A stretch of 53,475 nt of DNA from Candidatus Micrarchaeia archaeon (GTDB lineage Archaea > Micrarchaeota > Micrarchaeia > Anstonellales > J096): NCBI GenBank assembly GCA_041500865.1, contig JBGQMY010000006.1, positions 1-53,475 on the forward strand. Direction: 5' to 3'. Below the pieces are notes generated by a model. The model did not search any database. It was not told where the DNA came from and worked only from the letters and a program-made list of their open reading frames with translations. A program made the position numbers and the translations under genes. Positions 1 to 7,851 of this stretch are shown here, piece by piece (position 1 is the first letter of the stretch; each line of letters starts with the position of its first letter).

Positions 1-222
1 CACGGCCTGAAAGGGATAACTATTTACAGGGAGGGTAGCAGATACCCCATACTGTCAACGGCAGGGAAGAAGAGCGAGTTCACGGAGTACAGGGACAAGC
101 TGTTCAAGATAAAGATAAACGGCAGCGAGACGATTGCGAAGGGCGACGACGTCATGATGCTGCCCAATGGGCAGCTGACTACGGTCTACCACGCGATGAA
201 AAGCGGGACGATATCCGGGTGA
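1..222 (+). CDS. nrdJ: Class II (B12-dependent) ribonucleotide reductase catalytic subunit, C-terminal end (partial, runs off window)
   Basis: Frame +1 reads HGLKGITIYREGSRYPILS...SGTISG*. GLKGITIYREGSR is the conserved RNR C-terminal motif; TGA at 220-222. Confidence 0.85.
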   Translation, partial: HGLKGITIYREGSRYPILSTAGKKSEFTEYRDKLFKIKINGSETIAKGDDVMMLPNGQLTTVYHAMKSGTISG

Positions 223-226
223 AAAC

Positions 227-838
227 ATGATTGAGCTGAAAACGATGGAGGAAGTGAAAATCAAGACCCTGGTGCCTGTGGAGCTGGCAAGCGAGAAGCT
301 CAACACGCTGAAGAAGGAGCCGAGGCAGGATGTGCTAAACGCAAAGGTCTACAAGCTCAAGAGCTCGTTCGTGGATTACGCGATATACATCACGCTCAGC
401 TACAAGCTGGACGACAACGGAAACAGGATACCGTATGAGATATTCATCAATTCAAAGGACCTGACAAAGTCCGCGGAATACGCCGTTCTGACGAGGTTGA
501 TATCCGCTGTGTTCAGGAGGAGCGAGGACCCGACGTTCATCATAGAGGAGCTGAAGTCAATCTACGACCCCAACGGCGGCCATTTCAAGGAGGGCCGCTA
601 CTACCCATCCATATATGCGGAGATAGGGGACATACTGGAGAAATTCTTCTATGATATAGGCATAATGAAGAAGAAGGAAAGGAAGGGGATGTCTGAGGAG
701 CCATCCTCCCAAAAGAAGGACGAAGTCAACCTTGAGCTCAAGATATGCCCGAAATGCGGCCAGAAGTCGCTGAAGCTGGAGGGCGGCTGCATGTCCTGCA
801 TGAACCCGGACTGCGGGTACTCGAAGTGCGACGAGTAA
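227..838 (+). CDS. NrdJb-like subunit (TSCPD-type domain plus C-terminal Cys cluster)
   Basis: YITLS...PYEIFINSKD...LTRLISAVFR...IEELKSIYDPNGG, and C-terminal CPKCG...EGGCMSCMNPDCGYSKC typical of NrdJ C-termini. Starts 4 nt after nrdJa; GGGTGA RBS-like sequence. Confidence 0.85.
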   Translation: MIELKTMEEVKIKTLVPVELASEKLNTLKKEPRQDVLNAKVYKLKSSFVDYAIYITLSYKLDDNGNRIPYEIFINSKDLTKSAEYAVLTRLISAVFRRSEDPTFIIEELKSIYDPNGGHFKEGRYYPSIYAEIGDILEKFFYDIGIMKKKERKGMSEEPSSQKKDEVNLELKICPKCGQKSLKLEGGCMSCMNPDCGYSKCDE

Positions 839-866
839 CTTTCCTACTAAAAAAGGAGGGATTAAT

Positions 867-1160
867 ATGGTAATTAGAGTGTATGGGAGTGAATTTTGGG
901 AGGAAGCGATAGGAGTTATTGATGAATATTTTGGAAAAGGATATGCGATAAAACACCCGGAGATTGTTGCTAAATTTGCAAATGCCCTCGCATTAGAGCA
1001 TATTTCAAGTAGTATTAATCAAGAGGGCCAACGTATAAGTAAAGAAATTAACGACTTAACTATAGAACTTACACGTTTACAGTTTGCACCGGAAGGAGTG
1101 TCGGATATTGCTTTAGCATTGTCAGAAATTGCAGAAAATATAAAGAAAAAAATGGAATGA
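867..1160 (+). CDS. Hypothetical protein (97 aa, AT-rich gene)
   Basis: Strong AAGGAGGG RBS, helical/coiled-coil C-terminus, visibly lower GC than flanking genes. Confidence 0.6.
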   Translation: MVIRVYGSEFWEEAIGVIDEYFGKGYAIKHPEIVAKFANALALEHISSSINQEGQRISKEINDLTIELTRLQFAPEGVSDIALALSEIAENIKKKME

Positions 1161-1181
1161 AGATATTGGACGCTGCATCCC

Positions 1182-1189
1182 TTTAAATA
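1182..1189 (+). promoter_or_regulatory. TATA box for tRNA-Arg
   Basis: TTTAAATA about 30 nt upstream of the tRNA 5' end. Confidence 0.55.
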
Positions 1190-1218
1190 TTTTTTCCTCC
1201 ATAAAATGGTGTTTAACG

Positions 1219-1294
1219 GGGCCTGTAGCTCAGCTTGGATTAGAGCGATGCTCTCCTAAGGCATAGGCCGTGAGTTCAAATCTCACCAGGCCCG
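1219..1294 (+). tRNA. tRNA-Arg (anticodon CCT)
   Basis: GGGCCTG/CAGGCCC acceptor stem, GCTC/GAGC D stem, ATGCT-CTCCTAA-GGCAT anticodon arm, GTGAG-TTCAAAT-CTCAC T arm; no encoded CCA. Confidence 0.95.
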
Positions 1295-1295
1295 T

Positions 1296-2873
1296 TCAAA
1301 GATAATCGTTCATCGACCTCTGCGTCCCGCCTTTCTCGTTGACGTCCCCTCTCTCAATGACCTTTACTGTGTGGCTGGGCCTCTGCTCATCCATTGTCTT
1401 GTGCTCCTTGGCAACCCTTTCCCTGCCCTTGCGCTTCGCCTCAAGCTCGTCGTTAACGACCTCCATGAGGCTGAACATCCTGGATTCCTTCCTCTTGGAT
1501 ACCCAATGATAGGCCTCGTCGCGCGTTCCCCTTGTTATGAGTATGAAAACCTCGCCCTTGTGCGCCCTGCCGGTCCTCCCTCTTCTCTGTATGAGCCGTA
1601 TCTCCGAAGGCACAGGCTCGTAAAATATGACCGCATCTGTGCTGGGTATGTCTATGCCCTCTTCCCCTATGCTGGACGCAACGAGAACGTTGAACTTGCC
1701 GTCGCGGAAGTCCTGCAAGGTCTGCTCCTGCTGCTGCTTGCTGTATTCCTTGCGCTTGCCTATGAAGAAATGCGCGGGATACCCCTTTTTAGTGAGCAAG
1801 TCTGCGAGGTATTTGGCCTGCTCAACGTACTGCACAAAGACCATGCACTTCTTTCCCTTCAGCTCCTTGCCGAACATGGAGACCAGCCTGTCCACCTTTG
1901 GGTGCTCCTCGCCGCTCTCCATCATCCTGTCCATGAGCTGCCTTGCCTCAACGAGCTCCTTGCTCGCAAGAAGCTCGCGGACAGATTTTTTGCCCCCTTT
2001 TTCCCTGGCCATGTCCGTAACGAAGCGGAGCGTGGAAAAGATGCCCTGGGTTTCGAACAGGGTTATTATGTGGTCCAGGTTCAGTATCATTGAATACAGC
2101 ATGAACATCCTGTACTTGGCGTTTGACTTCACCCTTGAGATTACGTTGCCGAGCGCGACGAGCAGCGACCTTTTCATGACCACCGGCAGGCCCATTGAGC
2201 GCAGGGCCTCCACATACCTTGACTCAAGGCCCTTCAGGAGCATCTGGACCCTTTTCATCTCCGGGTCCAGCGAAACATAGACCCAGTTGAACTCCTTTTT
2301 GTGCACATATTCCGAAACATCCTCGTCGTCCTCCTTCCTATACTCAATGTAGTCAATGTCAAGCAGGCTGATTATCTCCATGACCTTTGCCTTGTCGCTG
2401 CCAGGCGACGCGGTCATGCCCATCTTCCTGCATGATTGCGAAAGGCCCTTTGCTATGGGTGCGTATGCATAGTTCCCCGCTGCCCTGTGGCACTCGTCAA
2501 AGATGACAAGGTCGAACGAGGAAAGCAGGTCCGGCTCCTGTTCCGCATCCTTCTCTATCGTCTGCGGCGTGGCAAAAACGTATTTTTTTGAGTATAGCGG
2601 GCTGCGTTCCCCTGCCTTTGTTTCCCCTGTAAGAAGTATGGCGTCGTCCTTGTCGGCGTTTGTCTGGGAAAGGAAGGAGCGCAGGTGCTGCTTGCAGAGC
2701 GGCTTCGTCGGAGCCAGGAAGAGCGCTTTCTTGAATTTGCACATTACGGAAAACGCAAGCAGGGTTTTTCCAAGGCCCGTCGGCAAAACAACCAGCGTAT
2801 TGTAACCAAGGCAGGTTTTTGCAATGTTTTCCTGGTATTTTCTCAAATGCACAAGAAGGGAGAGGGACCCCAT
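1296..2873 (-). CDS. Hef/FANCM-like DEAH-box SF2 helicase (helicase part only)
   Basis: LPTGLGKT, LAPTKPL, DECHRAAGNYAY, MTASPGSD, EEGIDIP, FYEPVPSEIRLIQRRGRTGR, and C-terminal PIP-like QRSMNDYL. No ERCC4 domain. Confidence 0.9.
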   Translation of the reverse strand: MGSLSLLVHLRKYQENIAKTCLGYNTLVVLPTGLGKTLLAFSVMCKFKKALFLAPTKPLCKQHLRSFLSQTNADKDDAILLTGETKAGERSPLYSKKYVFATPQTIEKDAEQEPDLLSSFDLVIFDECHRAAGNYAYAPIAKGLSQSCRKMGMTASPGSDKAKVMEIISLLDIDYIEYRKEDDEDVSEYVHKKEFNWVYVSLDPEMKRVQMLLKGLESRYVEALRSMGLPVVMKRSLLVALGNVISRVKSNAKYRMFMLYSMILNLDHIITLFETQGIFSTLRFVTDMAREKGGKKSVRELLASKELVEARQLMDRMMESGEEHPKVDRLVSMFGKELKGKKCMVFVQYVEQAKYLADLLTKKGYPAHFFIGKRKEYSKQQQEQTLQDFRDGKFNVLVASSIGEEGIDIPSTDAVIFYEPVPSEIRLIQRRGRTGRAHKGEVFILITRGTRDEAYHWVSKRKESRMFSLMEVVNDELEAKRKGRERVAKEHKTMDEQRPSHTVKVIERGDVNEKGGTQRSMNDYL

Positions 2874-2929
2874 AATTCCACTAATTCATGCCATAATATT
2901 ATAAATTCTTTTAATTATTCTATGTTACT

Positions 2930-3211
2930 ATGGTTACATATAAAATAGTGATTTATGATATAAAATACACAAATAAAAAAGAATATAACAGGACAAAACG
3001 CCTGTTTTATTACTATCTAAAAAAGATAAGAAACGTCAAATACTTGACAAAATCAGCGATAATAACAGACGATGAAAAACCAATACTAAATATTATTTAT
3101 AAATTCAGGATTATAGAAGGATTTGTAATAGAATCTGACAAAATACAGGAAATTAATAGGGGAAGTTTAACCCCCCTCTCTTACGAATCCGCAGACAACG
3201 GGAAAATCTAG
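2930..3211 (+). CDS. Orphan Cas2/VapD-like small protein
   Basis: YKIVIYDIK...YNRTKRLFYYYLKK...YLTKSAII matches the Cas2 pattern (hydrophobic strand-YDI, basic helix, [Q/T]xS-hydrophobic); 93 aa; very AT-rich. Confidence 0.55.
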   Translation: MVTYKIVIYDIKYTNKKEYNRTKRLFYYYLKKIRNVKYLTKSAIITDDEKPILNIIYKFRIIEGFVIESDKIQEINRGSLTPLSYESADNGKI

Positions 3212-4735
3212 GCCAAAATAATCCAGAACGTCCGGCTTGATGACCCCAACCTCGCCCCAAATTCCCTTTCCTTTGAAGGCCAGCGCCCAGCCGCCTATAT
3301 ATAAATCTTTGAAACAAGGCTCGCCTCCAAAATCGGCCTTGATCCCCTTTTCCCTGAACAGGGTTTTCACCGTGGATATGGCATCCTCTATCTTGACGCT
3401 CCTGTCCGCAATCACGAAACCCAGCTCCTTTGTCTCCTTTCCGTCATATATCCTGTCATATTCAAAAATCCTCATTGGAAGCGGCCGCATCCTGTTTTTT
3501 CCAACAGTCCTAATCAGCTCCACCAAGGTCGTGTTTTTCACTGAATTGAGCTCGTCCGTGAGCGGGTTGGCTATTCCAAGAAGCGCGCCTTTTGAAGGCA
3601 ATATCTTTTTGTATTCCCTTGCGTCGCAAAGGTAGAAATTCTTTGCCTCAACAAACCCCATGCTTTCAAATATCTCCCTTTCGGCATCGGCCTTCCTTGC
3701 CCCGACATGGTAAAAGCTGCCCATATCCGGCGCTATGCTATGGTAGCCGTACCCTACCAGCACGTCTTCTATGACGTCAATGTCCTTGGACATGTCCTTC
3801 CTGTAAGGCGGGATTGTCGCCTTTCCTTTTTCGTACTTTATATTCATCCTGGAAAGGCATTCCTTCATCTTGTTCTCGTCCAGACCAAAGCCGGCCAGCC
3901 TGCTTGCATTTTTCGGGTTCACCCTTATCGTGCCTGGTGCAAGGTCCGGATATGTGGTTCTGCCGACTTTCACGCTGTATATTTTTCCGCCCCTGTCGGC
4001 CAGCGCACATGCGATTATGTTTAAGATGTATTCAAGCGTTTCCCTGCTTGTTCCGGTTATTTCCATAAGGAAATTCCTTGTCCCCTCCTTTACCTTGGTC
4101 CTGTCGCAGTTTATTATCGGAGGAACGGAAATTATGCCCTTTTTGTCCTCAACAACAGGATATTTGCCGTTTTCCACAAGATGGGCGTATGCCTTGCCCT
4201 TTTCATGCGTTTGGAGCATCTTCCCTATCTTTATCTCCTCTGCCATGCCCAGCGGAATGAATTTGCCTTCCTTCACTTCCCTGAACCTCAGCGGGAATTC
4301 CACGCTGTCGAGGTCGTGTATGCCTATGGCCGCCTTCTTTCTCTTGCGCCCCAGCGTTTCGTGGATTTTCTCCTGCGCGTCCATCAGCTCCTCGTAAAGG
4401 TGCTCAGTGTCCTTTACGTCCTTGACGACCGCGCAGACCACGAACGGCCTGCTCCAGTGTTTCGCAATGCTCTTGCTTGGACTGGTTTCCATCGTATATT
4501 TTGGGTCCGTGGCTGCCGAATATCCGTAAAACCTGTTTTTTGAGTACCCTTCCAGCGCCCTTATAATTCCCTCAACCGTCAGGAGGTCAGGCCTGTTTGG
4601 CGTGACCTCAACGACTACGTTGCCTTCCGATATCTCGGTCGGCATGCCCATGCCGTCCATAATGTCCTTTATCCGTTTCTGGTCAAGCCCCGTCTTCTTT
4701 GAAATATAATCAAGGCTGTAAGTGACTACTGCCAT
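3167..4735 (-). CDS. pheT: Phenylalanine--tRNA ligase beta subunit (archaeal type)
   Basis: EVTPNRPDLL, QEKIHETLGRKRKKAAIGIHDLD, PPIIN, IPPYRKD..DVIEDVLVGYGY. Confidence 0.95.
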   Translation of the reverse strand: MAVVTYSLDYISKKTGLDQKRIKDIMDGMGMPTEISEGNVVVEVTPNRPDLLTVEGIIRALEGYSKNRFYGYSAATDPKYTMETSPSKSIAKHWSRPFVVCAVVKDVKDTEHLYEELMDAQEKIHETLGRKRKKAAIGIHDLDSVEFPLRFREVKEGKFIPLGMAEEIKIGKMLQTHEKGKAYAHLVENGKYPVVEDKKGIISVPPIINCDRTKVKEGTRNFLMEITGTSRETLEYILNIIACALADRGGKIYSVKVGRTTYPDLAPGTIRVNPKNASRLAGFGLDENKMKECLSRMNIKYEKGKATIPPYRKDMSKDIDVIEDVLVGYGYHSIAPDMGSFYHVGARKADAEREIFESMGFVEAKNFYLCDAREYKKILPSKGALLGIANPLTDELNSVKNTTLVELIRTVGKNRMRPLPMRIFEYDRIYDGKETKELGFVIADRSVKIEDAISTVKTLFREKGIKADFGGEPCFKDLYIGGWALAFKGKGIWGEVGVIKPDVLDYFGLDFPVVCGFVREGG

Positions 4736-4752
4736 GCTAACCTATTTACTTC

Positions 4753-5532
4753 TCATTTTTTAATTCTTAGCGTAACCCTTCCCTTTGGGACAAGCGCAGA
4801 GGCCTCCTCTTCGGCGCAATTGAAGTATCCCGCCATTTTCTTCACTGCCTGCTGCTTCTGCATGTTCCCGCCGGGCCTTATCTCCACGCATTTTTCAAAT
4901 CCGGGATTCAGGTTCCACGGCGAGCACGAAACCCTGCCGTCCTTTTTTCCTACGAGCAGGCCCAGCACGGCGTGCTTGTACCATTCCCTTTCCCCGCTTA
5001 TGCCGAACCCGCCCTTCTTCAGGTTGCCCTCGCTGACCGTCTTTGCTATCTGATCTTTCCTTGCGGCGAACACGTCAACCTCGTTGTATCCCAGCTCCCA
5101 TGCGCTGCTGTAGGAGGCGGCGAAGATTGAACACTCCAGCTTTTCCCTTATGCCGGCATTGGCCCCGTCCTTCATGACCGCGACCGCGCCGCCGTGTATG
5201 TCAGCATGGAAGAAAAGGTCCCTGCCCTCCATATGTTTCTTGACGATTTCCTCGTTATCGTCAGCGCTCCTGCCTGCGATGCAGAGCCTGTTGCCGCTGG
5301 TCAAAAAGTGCCTGAACTGCTCGAACCACCCCCTTTTCTGCGCGGGCTCCAGCAAGACGGCCTTTTTTTCCTTCTTTTTGGCGCCCTCCTTCTCCATCTT
5401 GGCTATCCTTTTTTCCACGTCGTTTAGCGCGGCCCCTGCCTTCTTCGCCTTTTCCCCGTACCGCTTGCTTTCCGAGTAGTAGAAATCCGCATTCTGCTTT
5501 GCGTTATGCGCAAGCATGAGCCCTATCCTCAC
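4753..5532 (-). CDS. NFACT-R (DUF814) RNA-binding protein, short Rqc2/NEMF homolog
   Basis: NADFYYSESKR coiled coil, WFEQFRHFLTSG, AGRSADDNEEIVKKHM, FFHADIHGG, AASYSSAW, LKKGGFGISGEREW. Confidence 0.85.
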   Translation of the reverse strand: MRIGLMLAHNAKQNADFYYSESKRYGEKAKKAGAALNDVEKRIAKMEKEGAKKKEKKAVLLEPAQKRGWFEQFRHFLTSGNRLCIAGRSADDNEEIVKKHMEGRDLFFHADIHGGAVAVMKDGANAGIREKLECSIFAASYSSAWELGYNEVDVFAARKDQIAKTVSEGNLKKGGFGISGEREWYKHAVLGLLVGKKDGRVSCSPWNLNPGFEKCVEIRPGGNMQKQQAVKKMAGYFNCAEEEASALVPKGRVTLRIKK

Positions 5533-6242
5533 TTCTTTCCAAACCTCCTTTCCCGTTTTGAGTATTCCTGCACCGCTTCCATCACGTCCTTTTCCTCAAG
5601 CTCAGGCCACAGCTTGTCTATGAAATGGAATTCGCTGTACACGGATTGCCACGGCATCAGGCCAGAAAGCCTTTTTTCCCCGGATGTGCGCACTATGAGG
5701 TCGGGGTCCGGCAGCCCTGCCGTGTACAGGTAGCTTGAGAACGTCTTCTCGTCAACCGACGTTATGCCGTCCTTTATTATTTTGTTTATTGCGTCCAGTA
5801 TCTCCTGTCTCCCGCCGTAGCCCATCAGGAAATTGACTGTGTAGGGGCCGTTGCCCTTCGTCAGCTCCATTACCTTCATTATCTCGTCCTGTATGCCCTG
5901 CGGGAACCTTTCAATGCTGCCGAAGAAATTTACCTTCGCCTTCCTTTTCCTCTCGTCTTTCTGCTTTGTGTATTCGTCCATGCCCTTTGTGAGAAATTCG
6001 CTGAACAATGAAAACAGTATGTTTTTTTCCTCGTCGCTCCTGTTGAAGTTCTCTGTGCTGAAGGCCCAGAAGCTGACGACCTCAACGCCCTTTACTTCGG
6101 AAAGCCATTTGACGATGTCGCCTGACTTCCTTATGCCGGCGTCATACGATTCCCTGAACCCCTTGTTGTTCTTCTTGGCCCATCTTCTCAGGCCGTCTGG
6201 TATGAATACGATGTGCCTTGGCGCCCTTGTTTCCTCGCCCAT
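5529..6242 (-). CDS. uppS: cis-prenyltransferase (polyprenyl diphosphate synthase, UppS family)
   Basis: HIVFIPDGLRRWA, FSTENFNR, YGGRQEI, PDPDLIVRTSGEKRLSG, LWPE, RERRFGK. Confidence 0.93.
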   Translation of the reverse strand: MGEETRAPRHIVFIPDGLRRWAKKNNKGFRESYDAGIRKSGDIVKWLSEVKGVEVVSFWAFSTENFNRSDEEKNILFSLFSEFLTKGMDEYTKQKDERKRKAKVNFFGSIERFPQGIQDEIMKVMELTKGNGPYTVNFLMGYGGRQEILDAINKIIKDGITSVDEKTFSSYLYTAGLPDPDLIVRTSGEKRLSGLMPWQSVYSEFHFIDKLWPELEEKDVMEAVQEYSKRERRFGKK

Positions 6243-6277
6243 GGATGGATAACCAGACCAAACTTTAAATAAGTGAT

Positions 6278-6496
6278 GGGACGGGCGGCGTAGCTCCCTT
6301 TCTGTTTATAAGGCGGCATTTGTCTTTGCCAGTCCCTTCAACCCGGCCCCTTGGGCCGTTTCATTCCCTGCCGCATCCTCTCGTTTCCTCATATTCATCG
6401 TCCGCGCGGGATTCCGTTTCTGCTCCCTTGGGGATTTGCACGCCGGTCCGGGAGGGGAACTTCCTCCCTTTCGGGAAGCCGCCCGCTCGCCCGCCC
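6278..6496 (-). ncRNA. rnpB: RNase P RNA, compact (about 219 nt), type M-like
   Basis: Minus strand: P1 GGGCGGGCG/CGCCCGTCC, P2 GGGCGGC/GCCGCCT, short P3 TTCCC-GAAA-GGGA, CR-I GAGGAAGTTCCC, CR-II GCAGAAAC, CR-III TGAAAC, CR-V AACAGAAAGGGAGCT. TATA-like TTTTATTA about 25 nt upstream. Confidence 0.85.
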
Positions 6497-6536
6497 TGTG
6501 CAATTGCTTTAAGGAAGAGTTAATAAAACGAGGCTT

Positions 6537-6872
6537 TCAGCTGAATGTGCAGTCCGACGCGTCAAACGTCATGCCCGAGCCAAGGAGCAGGCCCAGGAAC
6601 CATGGCACAAGTATGACCATTATCAGTCCAATCAGGGCTCCTATGAACATGCTGTTTGCCCATACGTTCGCGCGCGCCCTTGCCTCCGAGCCGAAGAACT
6701 GGCCGACTGCAAAGACTATGGCCGACATCAGTATCATTATGAAAGCCAAATCGCCGACATAGGAATACAGGTCAGTGCAGAAGCCCTGAAGCGCCGTCTG
6801 CAAGTCCGTTGACTGTGCCATGACCGTTGCGGCCAAAGCGAGCAAGCAAGCAAATGCAAGGGTTTTCTTCAT
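6537..6872 (-). CDS. TrbC/VirB2-like pilin-type membrane protein
   Basis: Signal peptide, then two hydrophobic helices joined by VGQFFGSEARARANVWANSMFIG; paralog of the upstream gene. Confidence 0.65.
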   Translation of the reverse strand: MKKTLAFACLLALAATVMAQSTDLQTALQGFCTDLYSYVGDLAFIMILMSAIVFAVGQFFGSEARARANVWANSMFIGALIGLIMVILVPWFLGLLLGSGMTFDASDCTFS

Positions 6873-6882
6873 CCTATCACGT

Positions 6883-7242
6883 TTATGGCGGGCACGCCGT
6901 ATCCAGGCTGAGCTCCGGGGCCAGCACCGATATCAGGAAAGGCACGGCAAGCACGATTATTATGGCCACAAGCACGCCTATTATCATGTTCTGCGCCCAG
7001 CTCTGCGCCTTTGACTTCGCCTCTGCGCCGAACACCTGCCCCACCACATATATGACGCCTGCGAATATTATGACGACGACTATGATTATCGGCAGTATCC
7101 CCTTTAGCCCGTTGTATATCGTGCAGCCCATGTTGGTGAACCTGGAGCCCACGTCCTCGGTTGTTGTTGCCGCAACCATGCCGCATATGATAACCGCCAG
7201 CAAGGCGGCGAACAGAAGTTTCTTGTCCATTTTGAGCACCAA
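6883..7242 (-). CDS. TrbC/VirB2-like pilin-type membrane protein
   Basis: Signal peptide, two TM helices joined by VGQVFGAEAKSKAQSWAQNMIIG, and a Cys before TM1 and near the C-terminus as in the paralog. Confidence 0.65.
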   Translation of the reverse strand: MVLKMDKKLLFAALLAVIICGMVAATTTEDVGSRFTNMGCTIYNGLKGILPIIIVVVIIFAGVIYVVGQVFGAEAKSKAQSWAQNMIIGVLVAIIIVLAVPFLISVLAPELSLDTACPP

Positions 7243-7278
7243 TTTTCCTAATTGAACACAAAACCTTTAAAACGATAT

Positions 7279-7806
7279 CTAAATCCCTTTGCCACATCTC
7301 CTTATTGCTTTGTATGTCTTTTGGAGCGCCCTGTCCGATATCGGGCCGCCCTTAAGATGCTCTTCTGCGGCTGCCAGCGCCGCCTCATCATGCGGCCCAA
7401 TCATCACAACGTCGCTTCCGCCGGCGCCGCTTCCCTTCTTCAATTCCGCAACCCTCCTTTTCAGCTCCCTGCTCCAGCCATGCCTTGGCCCAAATTTCTT
7501 GCTGTTGTCTTCTTCGTCTTCGCCGGGAAACGGCCAGCCAAGCCTTTTGAATATTTTTTCCAACCCATCTTCCGTGCTTCTTTTCAACGACCTGCCTCCA
7601 GACAGCTCCTCCAATGCCTTTTGCAGCACAGCCGAGTCTTTTGCGCTGCCTTGGAAAGGCTCGGACGAGGCAGTGTGCGAGAATTGCTCAAAGTTTGCCT
7701 TAATTGTTGAATAAATCGCCTATATCCTGGTCGACCTGATATCCGTCTTTTTCTTTTGCCTCTGGCCACTTATCTGCCTTGCATGCCTGGCGTCCTTTAT
7801 CATCAT
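7279..7806 (-). pseudogene. Orphan ORF interrupted by an in-frame TAG (codon 29, 7720-7722)
   Basis: ATG at 7806 lies about 25 nt after a TTTAAAAA box. The frame reads MMIKDARH...STRI*AIYSTIKANF... and continues into the 7279..7629 ORF. Confidence 0.45.
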
Positions 7807-7851
7807 GGGTCCTTTGATGAGAAAAACACTTTTTAAATCTATTTCACACAG

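Noticed and set aside
2874..2930. Replication origin or dif site in the AT-rich stretch
   Set aside because: No ORB repeats, cdc6/orc1 gene or convincing Xer-type 11-6-11 palindrome recognised.
2874..3211. CRISPR-Cas locus around the Cas2-like gene
   Set aside because: No repeat-spacer array, cas1 or effector genes in the window.
6306..6523. Short ORFs 6306..6503 and 6320..6523
   Set aside because: They coincide with the RNase P RNA and have no protein features.
7720..7722. Genome-wide amber recoding or pyrrolysine
   Set aside because: TAG terminates well-defined genes in this window (e.g. metX, acdA, aminotransferase) and no pyl genes are seen.
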